From an uncultured bacterium (GTDB lineage Bacteria; Bacteroidota; Rhodothermia; Rhodothermales; DASSAV01): DNA of 64,000 bases. The notes beneath the pieces were generated by a model that saw only the letters and a list, made by a program, of their open reading frames with translations, made no database searches and was not told where the DNA came from. Position numbers and translations under genes: made by a program. The first letter of the stretch is position 1. Every line of letters begins with the position of its first letter. The DNA is taken from assembly GCA_965365445.1 (NCBI GenBank), contig CBDUBS010000001.1, forward strand, positions 13,669-77,668, in the 5' to 3' direction. Below, piece by piece: positions 1-10,064 of this stretch.

Positions 1-1092
1 CCTTGCGTTAGGGAAAATGTGGATGTCCGAAGCACCCTGGTGTACGGCTTCTACGAGGGTGGCTTCGAACAGATTGATGAGCGCGGACCGGCCGATTTCT
101 GCCTCCAGCGCTTCCTCATCCAGCAACTGGGAGTTCTGCTTCTCGAACGTGGCGCCCAGGTCGTAAGCGAAGCCGTTCCCGCTGACGCGCTCCAGGTATT
201 CGTTTCGTCGGGGAAACGCGTCGGATATAATGGACGAAATCGCCGATCGGGCCATATATCGGATTTCGACCGACGTGAGCCGAAGCGAATGAATGACCTT
301 GCCGACTTCGGGATTCGTCGGATCGTGCGTGGCGAAAATCCACCGTTCCTCTCGTCCCTGCGGATAATCTTTGCCTATCGGCATCAGCGGAATATCGCGG
401 AGTTGCGCCCACTGAGCCTCGGCAAAACGGTTTCTATTTTCCTGAATGAAAGCTACCGCAGCGGACCTGGACAAAGAAGCTTTCTTAAACGCATACACTT
501 CAGCCGCCTCGGCATACACCCGTTCCGCCTCTACGCCCTGCTCTTCGGCCAGCACACGCCAGAGACTTTCGCCTGACCCCCCATCGGCCATCTTTTTCCA
601 TTTCCGCCATGCCTTCTCGACCTGATCGACTCGTATGAGCTCCTTGAACAGCAGCATGATGACAACGCGGTCCCGAAGTTCGAGCGGGGTGAATCCTCCC
701 ACTTCTGGTTCGGCCTGAGCGTCCTGGGGCGCTGCGTCGGCTGAAGGGGTTTTGACAGCCGGTTCCCAGTGCAACCCGATACCGGAAAGCCACTGTTCGA
801 GCGTAAACTGATCGCTTTCGGCACTTGACGGCGCCGCCTGTCTGGTCGCCCACTCGTCCGGGCCGGCGCTCCCCGGCGGCAGTGTGGAAGCCGGCGAATA
901 CGCTTCTCCGCCGCCGGCCTGTTCAACCTCCGGTTGTCGGCCCAGTAAATCCAGCGTGGGCTGAAAATCAAGTCCGAGCGAACTCGGCGAAGGCGATTCA
1001 TCGGCAGTGATACTGGACGGAACGAATCGATCCGGCTGGTTATCCGAAAACGTACCGGGTTCGGTTCTCCGGGTGAACTTACCGAATTGCAT
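1..1092 (-). CDS. GspE/PilB-family type II/IV secretion ATPase, N-terminal 364 codons (3' end beyond window start)
   Basis: Frame is open from ATG at 1090-1092 to base 1 (1092 nt, no stop), so it is absent from the ORF track. My translation ends ...LINLFEATLVEAVHQGASDIHIFPNAR, the start of the ATPase core. It is preceded by a T2SSE_N-like helical region and a roughly 110-aa Pro/Ser/Ala/Glu-rich N-terminus. Confidence 0.7.
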   Translation of the reverse strand, partial: MQFGKFTRRTEPGTFSDNQPDRFVPSSITADESPSPSSLGLDFQPTLDLLGRQPEVEQAGGGEAYSPASTLPPGSAGPDEWATRQAAPSSAESDQFTLEQWLSGIGLHWEPAVKTPSADAAPQDAQAEPEVGGFTPLELRDRVVIMLLFKELIRVDQVEKAWRKWKKMADGGSGESLWRVLAEEQGVEAERVYAEAAEVYAFKKASLSRSAAVAFIQENRNRFAEAQWAQLRDIPLMPIGKDYPQGREERWIFATHDPTNPEVGKVIHSLRLTSVEIRYMARSAISSIISDAFPRRNEYLERVSGNGFAYDLGATFEKQNSQLLDEEALEAEIGRSALINLFEATLVEAVHQGASDIHIFPNAR

Positions 1093-1268
1093 AGCGCCTG
1101 ACCTCGGTTGAACTCCTGCGAAACGACAGAACAGGGTTGCCCCGGGTTGCCCACTACGGATCGACCCGGAACCTGACGTCCCCTCTGCTGCCCTGGAATG
1201 CCCTAGGTATCGGACGTTTTATCCCGTTTTCAAGCAGCGGCCGGAAAATGAATGGAGCCCTATCGGGT

Positions 1269-2438
1269 TCAACTCGGTGGAGCCTGCGCGTCTTTTGCTT
1301 TCTCCGCCCGTATGTTGGGTAATTCTTCCGTACGGATGAATCCTTTTGCCAGCGCATGTTCGGCGGCGGCCGTTGTGTCCGGAACGCATATCATTTCCAC
1401 TCCGTGAACGGCGAGTTCGGCCGTGATGGTATTCAGCTGCTCGCTCCGCCCTCCCGACAGTACGTCTCGAATATATACGGCGCGGACGCGGTGCGGGAAT
1501 TGCAAGGCAAGACGGCGGTAGATTTCCGGGTCGTCCTGTCCGCTGTCGCCGATGAGAATAACCGGCAGGTCGGTGTAAAACTGGATCAGCCGTTCGATCT
1601 GGGTGAGTTTGTGCGCGTGATGCCCGAGCGAGATGAACTTGTTCCGGTCGATGCCCAGGTCGCGCAGGAAAAGTGGTCCGAGCGGTATGGCATGGACGTT
1701 CAGGAAATCAGTCAGAAAGTCGTACAGATTCCACGGGCTGCTGCTGACGTAAAAAATCGGGTTGTGAGCCGTTCCCGTAGACCCCTTTTGCAGCGCCCTG
1801 TAAAAGGCAGCCACTCCCTCGAAGGGCAGCCTCGTCCATGCGTTTCGCGTGAGGGTAACCCGTACCATTTTCAACCATTTGGTGGCGCCGGTCTGAAGGA
1901 TGGTATCATCCACGTCGCTTACTACTATGAACTCGGTGTCCACCGGCGGAACGAGCACGGGGCATTCAACGACCTTCGGCTGCCCCGGGATCGTCAGGTG
2001 CACTTCATGCCAGGCATCATCCGAGGGGAGCGTACACTCCGGCTCCAGCGCCAGCCGGAAGTAACCCTCCTCATCCGATACGGTATCCGACACGGCAGTT
2101 GCCGTATTCTTCGGCTGCGCTCGTTCTTCACATGGGTACCAGCCACGTACGGCGACTCCCGCTGCTTCGTTACTAAAGAAACGTCGCACCATAAGTCCAA
2201 CGTTCTGCAACAACGTATCCGTTTCGGAAGGGCGGCGGTGGTCGCTTCGTTCCAGAACGCGACCGCTGACGCGCAACTCACGCGCATTGCCATACCCGCG
2301 GTATGCGACGATCTCCGGTGGGCGCGGGGTAAAAATCAGCCGTTTGACTCGGCCCCAGAGCTTATCCGCCGGCTTTTCGAGGTGATAGAGGCCGATATGC
2401 AGCCCCTTTCGAAGGGAGCGACGAAACGTTCCTGCCAT
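1269..2438 (-). CDS. App1-family (DUF2183) phosphatase-like protein
   Basis: 389-aa ORF with a HAD-like DxDxT motif (VVSDVDDTILQT), SSSPWNLY and LIGDSGQDDPEIY, as in App1/DUF2183 lipid phosphatases. Confidence 0.6.
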   Translation of the reverse strand: MAGTFRRSLRKGLHIGLYHLEKPADKLWGRVKRLIFTPRPPEIVAYRGYGNARELRVSGRVLERSDHRRPSETDTLLQNVGLMVRRFFSNEAAGVAVRGWYPCEERAQPKNTATAVSDTVSDEEGYFRLALEPECTLPSDDAWHEVHLTIPGQPKVVECPVLVPPVDTEFIVVSDVDDTILQTGATKWLKMVRVTLTRNAWTRLPFEGVAAFYRALQKGSTGTAHNPIFYVSSSPWNLYDFLTDFLNVHAIPLGPLFLRDLGIDRNKFISLGHHAHKLTQIERLIQFYTDLPVILIGDSGQDDPEIYRRLALQFPHRVRAVYIRDVLSGGRSEQLNTITAELAVHGVEMICVPDTTAAAEHALAKGFIRTEELPNIRAEKAKDAQAPPS

Positions 2439-2441
2439 AGA

Positions 2442-2813
2442 TCAGGAATCCTTTTCCGGCTGCCCGGCGGAATCAAAATAACGAAGTATGGCAGAGGTAA
2501 GCAGCGGCGCGTCGTCCCGATGGAGCACGTTGCCGGCGGGCCCCACGAGTACGATCTGAAACCGATCCGCGCGTGGCGTATAGGCGTTTCTCAATGACCC
2601 GGCGATATCGTCATCGAGGGCGTTGCCGTCCATTGCGCTGCGGCCTTCATTAAAAATACTGGCAAGTGCAATACCCCGTCCGGCCAATTCATCGGCCGCC
2701 GCTTGCAGTTGTTCGATTTGCGACTGGTACGACGGGCACTTCGGTGACAGGGCGTACAGATAGATCAGCGGTTTCCCCGCCGTTAGCGCATCGAGATCGA
2801 TCGGGGTATCCAT
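2442..2813 (-). CDS. Thioredoxin-fold protein, DUF4174-like
   Basis: 123-aa ORF ending 3 nt before the App1-like start. The FQIVLVGPAGNVLHRDDAPL pattern resembles the DUF4174 F-x-vvLIGKDG motif. Assignment is tentative. Confidence 0.35.
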   Translation of the reverse strand: MDTPIDLDALTAGKPLIYLYALSPKCPSYQSQIEQLQAAADELAGRGIALASIFNEGRSAMDGNALDDDIAGSLRNAYTPRADRFQIVLVGPAGNVLHRDDAPLLTSAILRYFDSAGQPEKDS

Positions 2814-3010
2814 AGGACCTGCACGGTTAGGCGATGATTCGAATCCGTAATATATCCGGCATACGGCGGCAAGCCGGCTGCGTGGGAATGTATGCCGTGC
2901 GCATCACGGACGATCCGAACGGAAAGCCCCGTTGCGTCATTGTTGCATACCGTCGCTTTTTCCTGTCGTTCATTTATCCCAATCCAGTCCAACCACACCG
3001 GTGAGCTTCC

Positions 3011-3271
3011 ATGCCCTGTTTCATTGTAGTCATCGCCTTGTTTGTGCCACGCCTCGTCATTGCCGGCCTGTGGTTTTTTACCACCTGGTTTTCCGGCCTC
3101 TTTGACTCCATCCTCCTGCCTATCCTCGGGTTCTTGTTTTTGCCCACGACCCTGCTCTGGTATTCCGTCGTGGAGAATGTGTTCGGCGGCGAGTGGGGCA
3201 TTTTACAAATCGGCCTTGGCATCGTCGCTATCCTGATCGACCTATCCCCGGCCGGAGGCCGCAGAGGGTGA
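3011..3271 (+). CDS. Small membrane protein (3 hydrophobic segments), hypothetical
   Basis: 86-aa ORF, strongly hydrophobic (VVIALFVPRLVIAGLWFF, LLPILGFLFLPTTLLWY, ILQIGLGIVAILI), sited in an otherwise empty gap. Confidence 0.45.
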   Translation: MPCFIVVIALFVPRLVIAGLWFFTTWFSGLFDSILLPILGFLFLPTTLLWYSVVENVFGGEWGILQIGLGIVAILIDLSPAGGRRG

Positions 3272-3354
3272 CAGGAAACACCGGTCCGGACGGAGAGGTA
3301 GCACCTTTGCCCATCGTCAGCCGTATGGACTGATTACATCCTGACGCTACCCGT

Positions 3355-6240
3355 ATGCCTCGCATGGTATCCGCTTCCCATATGCTCGTACCTCGATTTG
3401 TCTTTCTCTTCTGTCTTGGCTTGCTTCTCATCGGCAGCCGGAATGTACCTGCCCGGACTCCTCTTGACCACCGCCCGGTGCACAGGCCGGCCTTCGACTC
3501 CAGCCGGGTGCTCCCTATGGATCCGGAGGTACGGATAGGTCAACTGACCAACGGGCTAACCTATTATATCCGAACGAACGACGAACCGGAGAACCGGGCC
3601 GAGTTGCGCCTCGTCGTAGATGCCGGGTCCGTTCTTGAGGACGAGAGCCAGCGGGGGCTTGCTCACTTTCTGGAGCATATGCTGTTCAACGGCACCCGCC
3701 GTTTTCCCGAACAGAAACTGGTCGATTTTCTGGAGCGAATCGGGATGCGGTTCGGGCCGGACGTCAATGCATCCACTTCGTTCGACGAGACCGTGTATAT
3801 GCTCACCATTCCTACCGACAGCGCCCGGATAGTAGAGCAGGCGTTCGACGTACTGGAGGACTGGGCCGCCCATGCCACCTTATCGGACGAAGAGATTGAC
3901 AAGGAAAGAGGGGTGGTGATCGAGGAATGGCGACTGAATCAGCAAAATGCTCAGGGCCGCCTATTGAATGAAATTCTGCCGGTGTACCTCTATGGCTCGC
4001 GGTACCAGCATCGCTTACCGATAGGCGACACGACCGTAATCAAACAGGCCGATTACGATGCGGTCAGGCGGTTTTACCGGGATTGGTACAGGCCGGACTT
4101 GATGGCGGTAATCGCCGTGGGAGACTTCAACCCGGACCGTATCGAACAGCTGATTCGAGAGCATTTCAGAGAATTGCGGTCACCCGAGAATCCCCGCCCC
4201 AGAGGCCGGTTTCCCGTTCCGGGTCATGACGGCACGTTGTTCAAAATCGCAACCGATCCGGAATATCCCGTTTCGACTGTCGAAATAATATACACGCAAG
4301 AAGCCGAGCCACTGAATACGGTGGATGACTACCACCAGCGGCTCACCGACTACTTGTTTTACGGAATGCTCAACGAGCGCCTGGCTGAAATTGCGCGGCG
4401 ACCGGATGCACCCTTTCTTGGGGCACAGGCGTATCACGGAGACTTCGTACGGTCGGCAGACGTTTACGGCCTTCAGGCGCGTGTGCAGGACGACAGCCTT
4501 CTCGTCGGGTTGAAGGCCATTCTTACAGAGGCGGCCCGGGTGCGCCGGTTTGGATTTACAGACGGCGAACTGGTACGTCAGAAAAAGGAACTGATCCGAA
4601 GGTACGAGCAGGCATTCAACGAACGCGAGAATACGAATTCGGCGAGTTATGCCGGTGAGTACGTCAGCCACTTTCTGGAGAGCGACGCGAGCCCGGGGAT
4701 CGAATACGAAATCGACCTTGTAAGAGCGCAGTTACCGACCATATCGCTGGAGCAGATAAATCAGCTTGCCGAACAGCTTCTCGTACCCTCCAACAGGGCC
4801 GTAATTGTCACCATGCCTGAGAAGGAGGAGACGCCCGCCCCCACCGAACAGCAATTGCAGAAGGTTATCCGACAGGCCGAAACCCAGTCGCTGACGGCGT
4901 ATGAGGATGACACACCCGATTCGCCCCTCCTGCCCATCGAGCCGGAACCGGCCGATATCCTTGACGAGAAAGCCCTGCCTGAAATCGGAGTAACCGAGTT
5001 CACGCTCTCCAACGGCGTCCGCGTGGTAATGAAGCCAACCACATTCAAAGCGGATGAGATCCGTTTCACGGCCTCAAGCGCCGGGGGGTCTTCGCTGGTA
5101 TCGGACGAAGATGCATTCGAGGCGGATATTGCCGATATGCTGGTCGTACAGAGCGGCGTGGGACCGTTCGACCGCACCCATCTGGAGCGGTTGCTTGCGG
5201 GAAAACTCGTAACGGTTTCCCCGTTCATCAGCGAACTGGAAGAGGGGTTTAGCGGAAGCGCCTCTCCGCAGGATCTCGAGACACTCTTTCAGTTGATCCA
5301 CCTGTATGTGACGGCTCCCCGAGCCGACAGCACCGCGCTCGCCATGCTTCAGAATCAGTATCGCGCAGCGCTGGCCAATAGGTCGTCTGATCCGATCGCG
5401 GTGTTCCAGGATACGCTTCAGGCTGCACTATACGGAAACCACCCCCGTTATCGGGTCGCCACGGTGGAGATGGTCGACTCGCTCGCCGTTGAGGACGCGT
5501 TCCGTATTTATCGAAACCGTTTTGCCGACCTGGGCGACTTCACGTTCGTGTTCGCGGGATCGTTCGACCCGGACTCCCTTCGGATGTTCGCAAGGCAGTA
5601 TCTGGGCACGCTTCCTTCGCTGAACAGAAAAGAATCGTGGAGGGACGTAAAACCCGATTTACCGAGCGGTATAATCATGAGTACCGTCGCCAGGGGCATG
5701 GGACAGCAGAGCCAGGCGGCGATCGTCTTTAATGGTCCTTTCCAGTACGGTAGGGAAAACCGCTACACTCTGCGCTCGATGGCGGAAGCCTTGAGTATCC
5801 GATTACGGGAGGTGCTTCGGGAAGATCTGGGCGGCGTATATGGCGTGGGAGTTTCCGCTACGTCAACGGATCGGCCGGATTCCGAGTACACTGTAACCAT
5901 CCGTTTCGGAGCCGATCCGCGGAGAGTGGACGAACTCATTTCTGCCGTGTTCGATGAAATCGAACGGTTCAAAAGAGAGGGACCCGGCGAAGAAATCGCA
6001 GAAAAAATACGCGAGCAGCAACACAGAGAGCGCGAAACAGCCATGGAGACCAATGCCTTCTGGGTCAACGTGCTGGATTACTACTATACGCATCCGGATG
6101 AACCCGTAACGGACATCCTGGATTACCCCCGCCTCATCGATAGCCTGGACGCCGGGGATCTGCGTAATGCAGCGCGCGCCTACCTGAATGCAGATCGTTA
6201 TGTAAAAGTCGTGCTGATGCCCGAACGTGTCGATCCGTGA
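3355..6240 (+). CDS. M16 (pitrilysin/insulinase) family zinc peptidase, double-unit, exported
   Basis: 961 aa with inverted zinc motif HxxEH in GLAHFLEHMLFNGT and an N-terminal hydrophobic signal (FVFLFCLGLLLIG). Size is typical of fused M16 pairs. Confidence 0.9.
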   Translation: MPRMVSASHMLVPRFVFLFCLGLLLIGSRNVPARTPLDHRPVHRPAFDSSRVLPMDPEVRIGQLTNGLTYYIRTNDEPENRAELRLVVDAGSVLEDESQRGLAHFLEHMLFNGTRRFPEQKLVDFLERIGMRFGPDVNASTSFDETVYMLTIPTDSARIVEQAFDVLEDWAAHATLSDEEIDKERGVVIEEWRLNQQNAQGRLLNEILPVYLYGSRYQHRLPIGDTTVIKQADYDAVRRFYRDWYRPDLMAVIAVGDFNPDRIEQLIREHFRELRSPENPRPRGRFPVPGHDGTLFKIATDPEYPVSTVEIIYTQEAEPLNTVDDYHQRLTDYLFYGMLNERLAEIARRPDAPFLGAQAYHGDFVRSADVYGLQARVQDDSLLVGLKAILTEAARVRRFGFTDGELVRQKKELIRRYEQAFNERENTNSASYAGEYVSHFLESDASPGIEYEIDLVRAQLPTISLEQINQLAEQLLVPSNRAVIVTMPEKEETPAPTEQQLQKVIRQAETQSLTAYEDDTPDSPLLPIEPEPADILDEKALPEIGVTEFTLSNGVRVVMKPTTFKADEIRFTASSAGGSSLVSDEDAFEADIADMLVVQSGVGPFDRTHLERLLAGKLVTVSPFISELEEGFSGSASPQDLETLFQLIHLYVTAPRADSTALAMLQNQYRAALANRSSDPIAVFQDTLQAALYGNHPRYRVATVEMVDSLAVEDAFRIYRNRFADLGDFTFVFAGSFDPDSLRMFARQYLGTLPSLNRKESWRDVKPDLPSGIIMSTVARGMGQQSQAAIVFNGPFQYGRENRYTLRSMAEALSIRLREVLREDLGGVYGVGVSATSTDRPDSEYTVTIRFGADPRRVDELISAVFDEIERFKREGPGEEIAEKIREQQHRERETAMETNAFWVNVLDYYYTHPDEPVTDILDYPRLIDSLDAGDLRNAARAYLNADRYVKVVLMPERVDP

Positions 6241-6257
6241 TGCGCCCTGCGACGGGG

Positions 6258-7016
6258 TTAATCCGCATACACCATTTTTTTCGTCATACCCCCGTCGATG
6301 ACGAAGTTTTGTCCCGTAATGAATCCGGCCTGTTCGCCGATCAGGTAGGCGGCCGCCCATGCGATATCGGCCGGCCAACCGACCCGACCGGCAGGATGTT
6401 GCTCGTGGTCGATCGGACGCAGATCTGCTTTATGGCGCTCCCCTCGCTTTTTCCATTCGCTTACGTCTATCCAGCCGGGACTGATGCTATTCACGCGGAT
6501 CTCCGGCCCCAGGCTCACAGCGAGCGCATGGGTCAACGAGAGGACGCCGCCTTTCGTGGCGCTGTAGGCTTCGGTGTTCGGTTCGGATTGAAACGCACGC
6601 GTAGATGCTATGTTGACGATACTCCCTCTCTGTTTCCTCAACTCGGGCACGCAGTGTTTCACACAGATGAAATAGCCTGTCAGGTTGACGCCTATGATTC
6701 GGCTCCACTGTTCGATGGACAATTCCTCTACCGGCGCTGCAACGGGATCGGCTATGCCTGCATTATTGATGAGGGCGTCGATCCTTCCATACGTCTCCAT
6801 TGTTTCCCGGACGGTCCGCCGCACGCTGGATTCATCGGAGGTATCGGTCCTGAAGAACCGGATCGCTCCCAGGTGAGCGTATTCCTGAGCGGTTTCCTCG
6901 CCGGCTTCCGCGTCGATCTCAGCGATCGCGACCCTGTAACCCTGCCGGAGTAGTTCCAGCGCGATCCCCTTGCCAATGCCCTGACCTCCTCCCGTAACAA
7001 TGACTGTCTTTTCCAT
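6258..7016 (-). CDS. Short-chain dehydrogenase/reductase (SDR)
   Basis: Rossmann motif VTGGGQGIGKGIA lies directly after MEKTVIV, and the catalytic YSATK is present. Start was moved from track 7112 to the internal ATG at 7016 just upstream of the glycine motif. Confidence 0.85.
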   Translation of the reverse strand: MEKTVIVTGGGQGIGKGIALELLRQGYRVAIAEIDAEAGEETAQEYAHLGAIRFFRTDTSDESSVRRTVRETMETYGRIDALINNAGIADPVAAPVEELSIEQWSRIIGVNLTGYFICVKHCVPELRKQRGSIVNIASTRAFQSEPNTEAYSATKGGVLSLTHALAVSLGPEIRVNSISPGWIDVSEWKKRGERHKADLRPIDHEQHPAGRVGWPADIAWAAAYLIGEQAGFITGQNFVIDGGMTKKMVYAD

Positions 7017-7126
7017 AATTTCGGCTTCCTGTTTATTTATCTCCTCCACCCGGAGCGTACTATTACAAACCGGACCCCGGGCACGGCGTTCGGATATTCC
7101 GTTAATCCCCATCGCACTATAGCCCT

Positions 7127-7909
7127 ATGAGCGACACGCTTTCCGTGTGGAAAGACACGTACCGGATACGGGCCTACGAAGTCGATCCGGCCGGGTATGC
7201 CTCGATCCAATCGCTGTGTAATTACCTGCAAGAGTCGGCCGGCAACCATGCCCACGATCTGGGTGTGTCGGTAGCGCAGTTGCTCCGGAACGGCCTGACA
7301 TGGGTGCTTTCACGGCTTCGTGTTGAGATGGATACCTACCCGGGCTGGCAAGACGACATTACCGTGGAAACGTGGCCCTCCGGCGTAACGGGGCTGCTGG
7401 CCAACCGGGAATTCCTCGTTTCTGCAGGGAACGGACGCCCGATTGCGCGCGCCTCGAGCGCCTGGCTGGTAGTGGATATAGAGCGCAAAAAGCCGGTGCG
7501 GGTTCCACCCGTAATCCACGATTTAAGGATACCGGAACGTGATCTTCCGCTGGGACCCCCTCCCCCCGCCCGCGAGGCTCCCGAATCGTACGAAGAAGAG
7601 CATCTCTTTAAGGTTCGGTACTCCGATCTCGACATGAACCAGCATGTGAACAACGTCCGCTACGTCGAGTGGGCCGTTGAAAGTGTTCCGTCCGAAGTCA
7701 TGACGGCAGGTCGCATCGTTTCCCTGGACATTCAGTACCGCCACGAAACACTATACGGGGATACAGTGCGGATCGAAACGGCTGAATGGCCCGATGCCGA
7801 TAGGCAGGCATTTTTCCACCGGATCACACGGGCCGGCGACACCCGGGAAGCGGCTCGGGCGATCACACGATGGAGCACGCAGCCGCCGACCGGATCGGAC
7901 CACACTTAG
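7127..7909 (+). CDS. Acyl-ACP thioesterase
   Basis: 260 aa. The N-terminus YRIRAYEVDPAGYASIQSLCNYLQESAGNHA and a second hotdog half (YSDLDMNQHVNNVRY) are typical of the FatA/B-like bacterial family. Confidence 0.8.
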   Translation: MSDTLSVWKDTYRIRAYEVDPAGYASIQSLCNYLQESAGNHAHDLGVSVAQLLRNGLTWVLSRLRVEMDTYPGWQDDITVETWPSGVTGLLANREFLVSAGNGRPIARASSAWLVVDIERKKPVRVPPVIHDLRIPERDLPLGPPPPAREAPESYEEEHLFKVRYSDLDMNQHVNNVRYVEWAVESVPSEVMTAGRIVSLDIQYRHETLYGDTVRIETAEWPDADRQAFFHRITRAGDTREAARAITRWSTQPPTGSDHT

Positions 7910-8628
7910 AACCGGAATACGACCCCGAACTGCGGTTCCAGCACGGCCGTCCTGGACCGCTCGACGTCGAACGACACCGATCCGTTGGTGCGTCGGATCG
8001 AACCTTCCTTCAGGTACTCCGCTTCGCTTCCGAACAGGTACCGGGCGCCGATATTCAGCATTACGCTTCCGATACGATTGGCATCGCCCATTTTGCCGGA
8101 ATACAACGGGATGTGCAAACCACCCCCTGCCCCGTAACTAAACGCTATGTCGTCGAAGTTGGTGGAAGCGGCAATGGGTTCGCCGTCATCCATCCAGCCT
8201 TCGCTGTCGATGCTGGTCTGAGTAAACAGGTACTTGAATCCGATGAGGCCGTCGAGGTAGGGACGAACGGCGCCTATCGGGGGCTGGAGCCGGAACAGTA
8301 GATGTCCCGCTGCAATATTATTGCTGGTGGCCACGTTGACCCGTACGTCTGGAATGGTGTTACTGAAGGGCTCCGTGCGGCGCTCATATCCGTAAATCAG
8401 AAAGTCCAGGCTCGCGCCGATGAATACAGGCAGTCTGTCGAATCCGATCCCTCCGTAGAGCGAGCCGCCAAATCCATTTTGGTCGAGTTTTTCACTGAAT
8501 TCGCCCTGCGGCAGCCCCACGGCAAAACTGAGTCCGACTTCCGGGCGAACCTGCGCTCGGGTGGTATCAGCCATACCTGAAAGCATGACCATGCTCAGGA
8601 TGAAATATGGTAAACGCAAGCGTTTCAT
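7906..8628 (-). CDS. Outer-membrane beta-barrel protein (porin/OmpW-like), hypothetical
   Basis: Signal peptide MKRLRLPYFILSMVMLSGMADTTRAQ, alternating beta-strand pattern and C-terminal ...VVFRF. Alternative start at 8643. Its stop overlaps the thioesterase stop. Confidence 0.55.
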   Translation of the reverse strand: MKRLRLPYFILSMVMLSGMADTTRAQVRPEVGLSFAVGLPQGEFSEKLDQNGFGGSLYGGIGFDRLPVFIGASLDFLIYGYERRTEPFSNTIPDVRVNVATSNNIAAGHLLFRLQPPIGAVRPYLDGLIGFKYLFTQTSIDSEGWMDDGEPIAASTNFDDIAFSYGAGGGLHIPLYSGKMGDANRIGSVMLNIGARYLFGSEAEYLKEGSIRRTNGSVSFDVERSRTAVLEPQFGVVFRF

Positions 8629-8754
8629 ACGATGTACCGGCAAAGGGCGTATTTAGAAAACGAACGGCTCGATGTATCCGTGTGTACGGAATACGCGGCC
8701 AGAGTTTCATCCGACCGTTCCTCCTTACCTATGCCGCGTTCTCTGAACCATTCG

Positions 8755-9747
8755 TCACGCCTGAACGTCAACGACGATTCTGCCGACCGTGAGCCCAGAA
8801 ATCATCTGGTGGGCCGTTTCTTCCAGATCGTCCAGTGAAATAACCCGGGTTATACGGTTGAGCCGCTCTTTCGGAAACTCGTCCGCCAGGCGTTTCCACG
8901 CTTCCATCCGGACCGCTGCGGGGCAGGTATTCGAATCGATGCCGAAGAGGTTTATCCCTCGCAAGATGAACGGATACACGGTAGTGGTCAATTCGGCGCC
9001 GCCGGCGTTTCCGCAAACGGCGATAGAGGCGTGGCGATGCATGGCGCTTATCAACGTAGCCAGGGTGCTTCCACCAACGGTATCCACGGCTCCCGCCCAC
9101 CGGGCCGATTCCAGCGGGCGAGCAGGGCCGGCGCTCAGTTCCTCCCTTGCGAACACCCGGGATACGCCGAGTTCGTTCAGCAGAGGTACGGCCGAGGCCG
9201 TACCCGTGGAGGCTGCCACCGAATACCCGGCGTGTGTCAGGAGCGTTACCGCCAGCGTACCGACACCGCCCGAAGCGCCCGTTACGACTACCTCCCCCCT
9301 CTCCGGAGTGGCGCCATGCGTTTCGAGGGCCATAACGGCGAGCATAGCGGTCAGGCCCGCTGTTCCCAGGGCCATGCTGTCGATGGGAGCCAGAGACTCC
9401 GGCAGGGGCGTCAGCCACTCCGATTGCAGACGCTGGCATCCGCTATACCCTCCCCACGAATGCTCGCCTATACCCCACCCGGTCGCGAGCACCCAGTCGC
9501 CCTTTTTCCACTGGTCGGTATCCGACTGCTCGACGATTCCCACGAGGTCGATGCCCGGAATAAACGGCAAGGCCCCCCGAATGATCTTTCCCGATCCCGT
9601 AAGCGCCAGAGCATCTTTATAATTCAGACTCGAATAGAGCACCCTGACCAGTACGTCGCCGGGAGGGAGATCGGAGACATCGATTGTCCGGATGGACAGA
9701 TGCGGCGGCGCACTGATGGTATCGATGAAAAGCGCCCTGGTTTTCAT
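8755..9747 (-). CDS. acuI: YhdH/AcuI-family NADPH-dependent acrylyl-CoA/quinone reductase
   Basis: Motifs SSLNYKDALALTG, PFIPGIDLVG, VVTGASGGVGTLAV and FILRGINLFGIDS match the YhdH/AcuI MDR subfamily. Start was taken at MKTRALF (track ORF begins 9771). Confidence 0.8.
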   Translation of the reverse strand: MKTRALFIDTISAPPHLSIRTIDVSDLPPGDVLVRVLYSSLNYKDALALTGSGKIIRGALPFIPGIDLVGIVEQSDTDQWKKGDWVLATGWGIGEHSWGGYSGCQRLQSEWLTPLPESLAPIDSMALGTAGLTAMLAVMALETHGATPERGEVVVTGASGGVGTLAVTLLTHAGYSVAASTGTASAVPLLNELGVSRVFAREELSAGPARPLESARWAGAVDTVGGSTLATLISAMHRHASIAVCGNAGGAELTTTVYPFILRGINLFGIDSNTCPAAVRMEAWKRLADEFPKERLNRITRVISLDDLEETAHQMISGLTVGRIVVDVQA

Positions 9748-10064
9748 TCGGGAAACCTCCGTATGAAGCATTGTTTTCGTTTAAGGTCGGAAAAGCGCGT
9801 CCTGCTTACAAGATTCCCCTACACGACGTCAGAGGATTCCACCGACGGCTTTCATGCCGTGTACCGATTATTCTACCCTCATGTCGGCAGGCCCTGTACG
9901 CAAGGCCCCTGACAAAACAACCCGGGCAGCGCTCTTCGGGCTTCCTGAACACAGCCGGGGAAGGCTTGCCAGGGGTTCCAATTCCGGCGGACCTCGATTC
10001 AGCAGGGTCGTTCCGGGAAACAACGGGGATACAACAGGTGTGCAACGGTATCGAGGGCGCAACC

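Noticed and set aside
1356-2597. 413-aa ORF antisense to the App1-like and DUF4174-like genes
   Set aside because: No recognisable motifs, and it overlaps two sense genes that have clear family signatures. This is a GC-driven artefact.
8768-9912. Alternative-frame and antisense ORFs over the acuI locus (8768..9439, 8789..9622, 9031..9912)
   Set aside because: They overlap the YhdH/AcuI frame, which has clear MDR motifs. Their translations are Arg/Pro-rich without motifs.
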